A DNA stretch of 64,000 nucleotides from Moniliella sp. 'wahieum'. Taxonomy: Eukaryota. The stretch covers positions 868,001 to 932,000 of the forward strand of contig RSEE01000010.1 of assembly GCA_003971905.1 (NCBI GenBank), in the 5' to 3' direction. A model generated the notes under the pieces. The model was not told the DNA's origin and made no database searches. It saw only the letters and a program-made list of their open reading frames with translations. Both the position numbers and the translations under genes were made by a program. Each line of letters opens with the position of its first letter. Position 1 is the stretch's first letter. Positions 62,518 through 64,000 of this stretch are shown here, piece after piece.

Positions 62518-64000
62518 ATGTCAGACGCGGATGTGGATGCGACGCCCCATGTGGGGAGCATGGACAACGACAAGCTTCGCTCCCGCCTCCAGGAGGAGCT
62601 CTCGCCTCCTCTCGCTGCCACCCCCCGCGTCTTCACCTCCTCCCCCGACGACCCAGGCTACCCCATCTTTGCTGGCGACCTGCCCTGGTCACAACGGTCC
62701 TGGATGTACCAATTCCGTCCGTTCCGCGGCATGTACTACGATGTGCGCCGCCGTCTGCCTCTCTATCGCTCCGACTGGACCAGCGCCTGTGCGCCGCGCA
62801 ACTGGTACACTCTTCTCGACTCGACTGTGCGCATGTACTTTATCAGTACGTTGTGTTTCCTGCATTGGCTGTACGCGTTCGCATGGTTAACGTGAGCACC
62901 CAGCCTCATGCCGGCTATTGCGTATGTCCTCGACATGAACCACCGCACGCATGGCGTGTACGGTGTGAACGAAGTTATCCTTGCTAGCGCTTTGGCCGCC
63001 ATCGTCTTCCCCATCTTTGGGTGCCAGCCTCTGACCTTTGTGGGTGTGACGGGGCTGATCAATCTGTGCAATTACACCATGTACAATGTCACAGTCCATC
63101 ATTGGGGGTTTGACCACCTCCATTACCTGCGCTTTCAGGCATGGATGCTCATCTGGGCCGCTGGCTTCTTGTTTGCCGGAGCAGCGCTCAACATGTCGGA
63201 CTATACCCGCTTCATCACCGACATGACCTCACAGACCTTTGGCTTTTATGTGGGCGTCGTCTACATTCAGAAGGGGATCGAGCTGCTGATCAATGAATTC
63301 GAGCCGAGCCCCCGAGACAATGCGACCGGGTGGCTGTCGGTGACGATTGCCATTTGTTCACCGTCAGCGTCTACCTTGTTTCGGCGGTAGGCAGAACCTC
63401 CTTTTCCCTTCCGTGTCCGAATGGGGATTGGCTCCTACGCCTTACTGCCGGCTGCATTTTTTGGACGGGCTTCTCGCATTTCCCGCATGGGTCCTTAAAA
63501 CAGGTGCCGTTGGAACGGGGTACCGATCACTCGCTCTTGGTTCCCCACCATGGACCGCGGTTGGTTTGTCGATTTCTGGCACATTGATGTCAAGTGGGTC
63601 TTTGTTGCCCATTTGGCTTTCTTGTCATGCTTCTCTTCTACTTTGACCACAATGTTAGCTCCGTCATGGCTCAGGCGCGTATTCCCCGTTCGAACGCCGG
63701 CAGGCTTCCATTGGGACATGGCTGTCCTCGCTGCCACCACTCTCGTCTCTGGCTTTCTCGGGCTTCCTGCTCCGAATGGACTCGTGCCCCAAGCGCCCGA
63801 ACATACCGACTCTCTCTCGATCTATGCACAGGTGGACCAGGCCCACCACCACCACCACCACCCTACTTTGAATCAGGCACAGCGCCGCTCAACCGAAGAA
63901 CCATCGTATTCCGAGCTAAAGCGCATTCGCACCGTCCAAATGGAACAAGATGTCGTCGGCTCCCTCCCTGCCGGTCCCCGTTCCGCCCCTCAGGAGATCC
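62518..64000 (+). CDS. BOR1: Bor1/SLC4 (HCO3- transporter family) borate efflux transporter; runs off window
   Basis: PFRGMYYDVRRRLPLYRSDW, MYFI|.LMPAIAY, YGVNEVILAS, GCQPLTFVGVTG, TFGFYVGVVYIQKG, FYFDHNVS, GFHWD, GLPAPNGLVPQAPEHT. Confidence 0.92.

Noticed and set aside
84..64000. Frame switches in most genes, suggesting programmed frameshifting, RNA editing or mass pseudogenisation
   Set aside because: They hit essential genes (CCT6, GCD6, CysRS, VMA6) at scattered positions, often in homopolymers, while amino acid motifs stay conserved. This is typical of long-read indel errors.

Overview
GC-rich, intron-containing fungal genomic DNA. It is a basidiomycete, most consistent with Ustilaginomycotina (inferred from the Gpa3-type G-alpha, short GT..CTRAC..YAG introns and compact gene spacing). 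Many conserved genes switch frame at apparent 1-bp indels, which indicates an unpolished assembly, so gene ends are approximate. About 28 recognisable or probable genes are present: IND1, L2HGDH, SPO7, SEC14, PHB2, G-alpha, a secreted GH105-like enzyme, PET127-like, VMA6, an Artemis/SNM1 fragment, an ACC-synthase-like enzyme, an SDR, UBC12, MIX17, an F-box protein, C8orf82-like, CysRS, an inositol 5-phosphatase, SmG, GCD6, CCDC124, CCT6, HRP1-like and BOR1, among others. The most unusual part is 32.3-45 kb, which has no conventional genes. It holds two divergently transcribed microprotein ORFs (75 aa and 62 aa), each starting with a CxxC-x10-CxxC zinc ribbon and a CAACC-ATG context, about 9.4 kb apart. 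Other points of interest are a recurrent class of 'palindromic hexamer + 1 nt' 7-bp tandem repeats, a Pet127 with substituted catalytic residues, a G-alpha lacking the usual N-terminal helix, and an Artemis-like gene missing its HxHxDH motif. No rRNA, tRNA, CRISPR or transposon was recognised.
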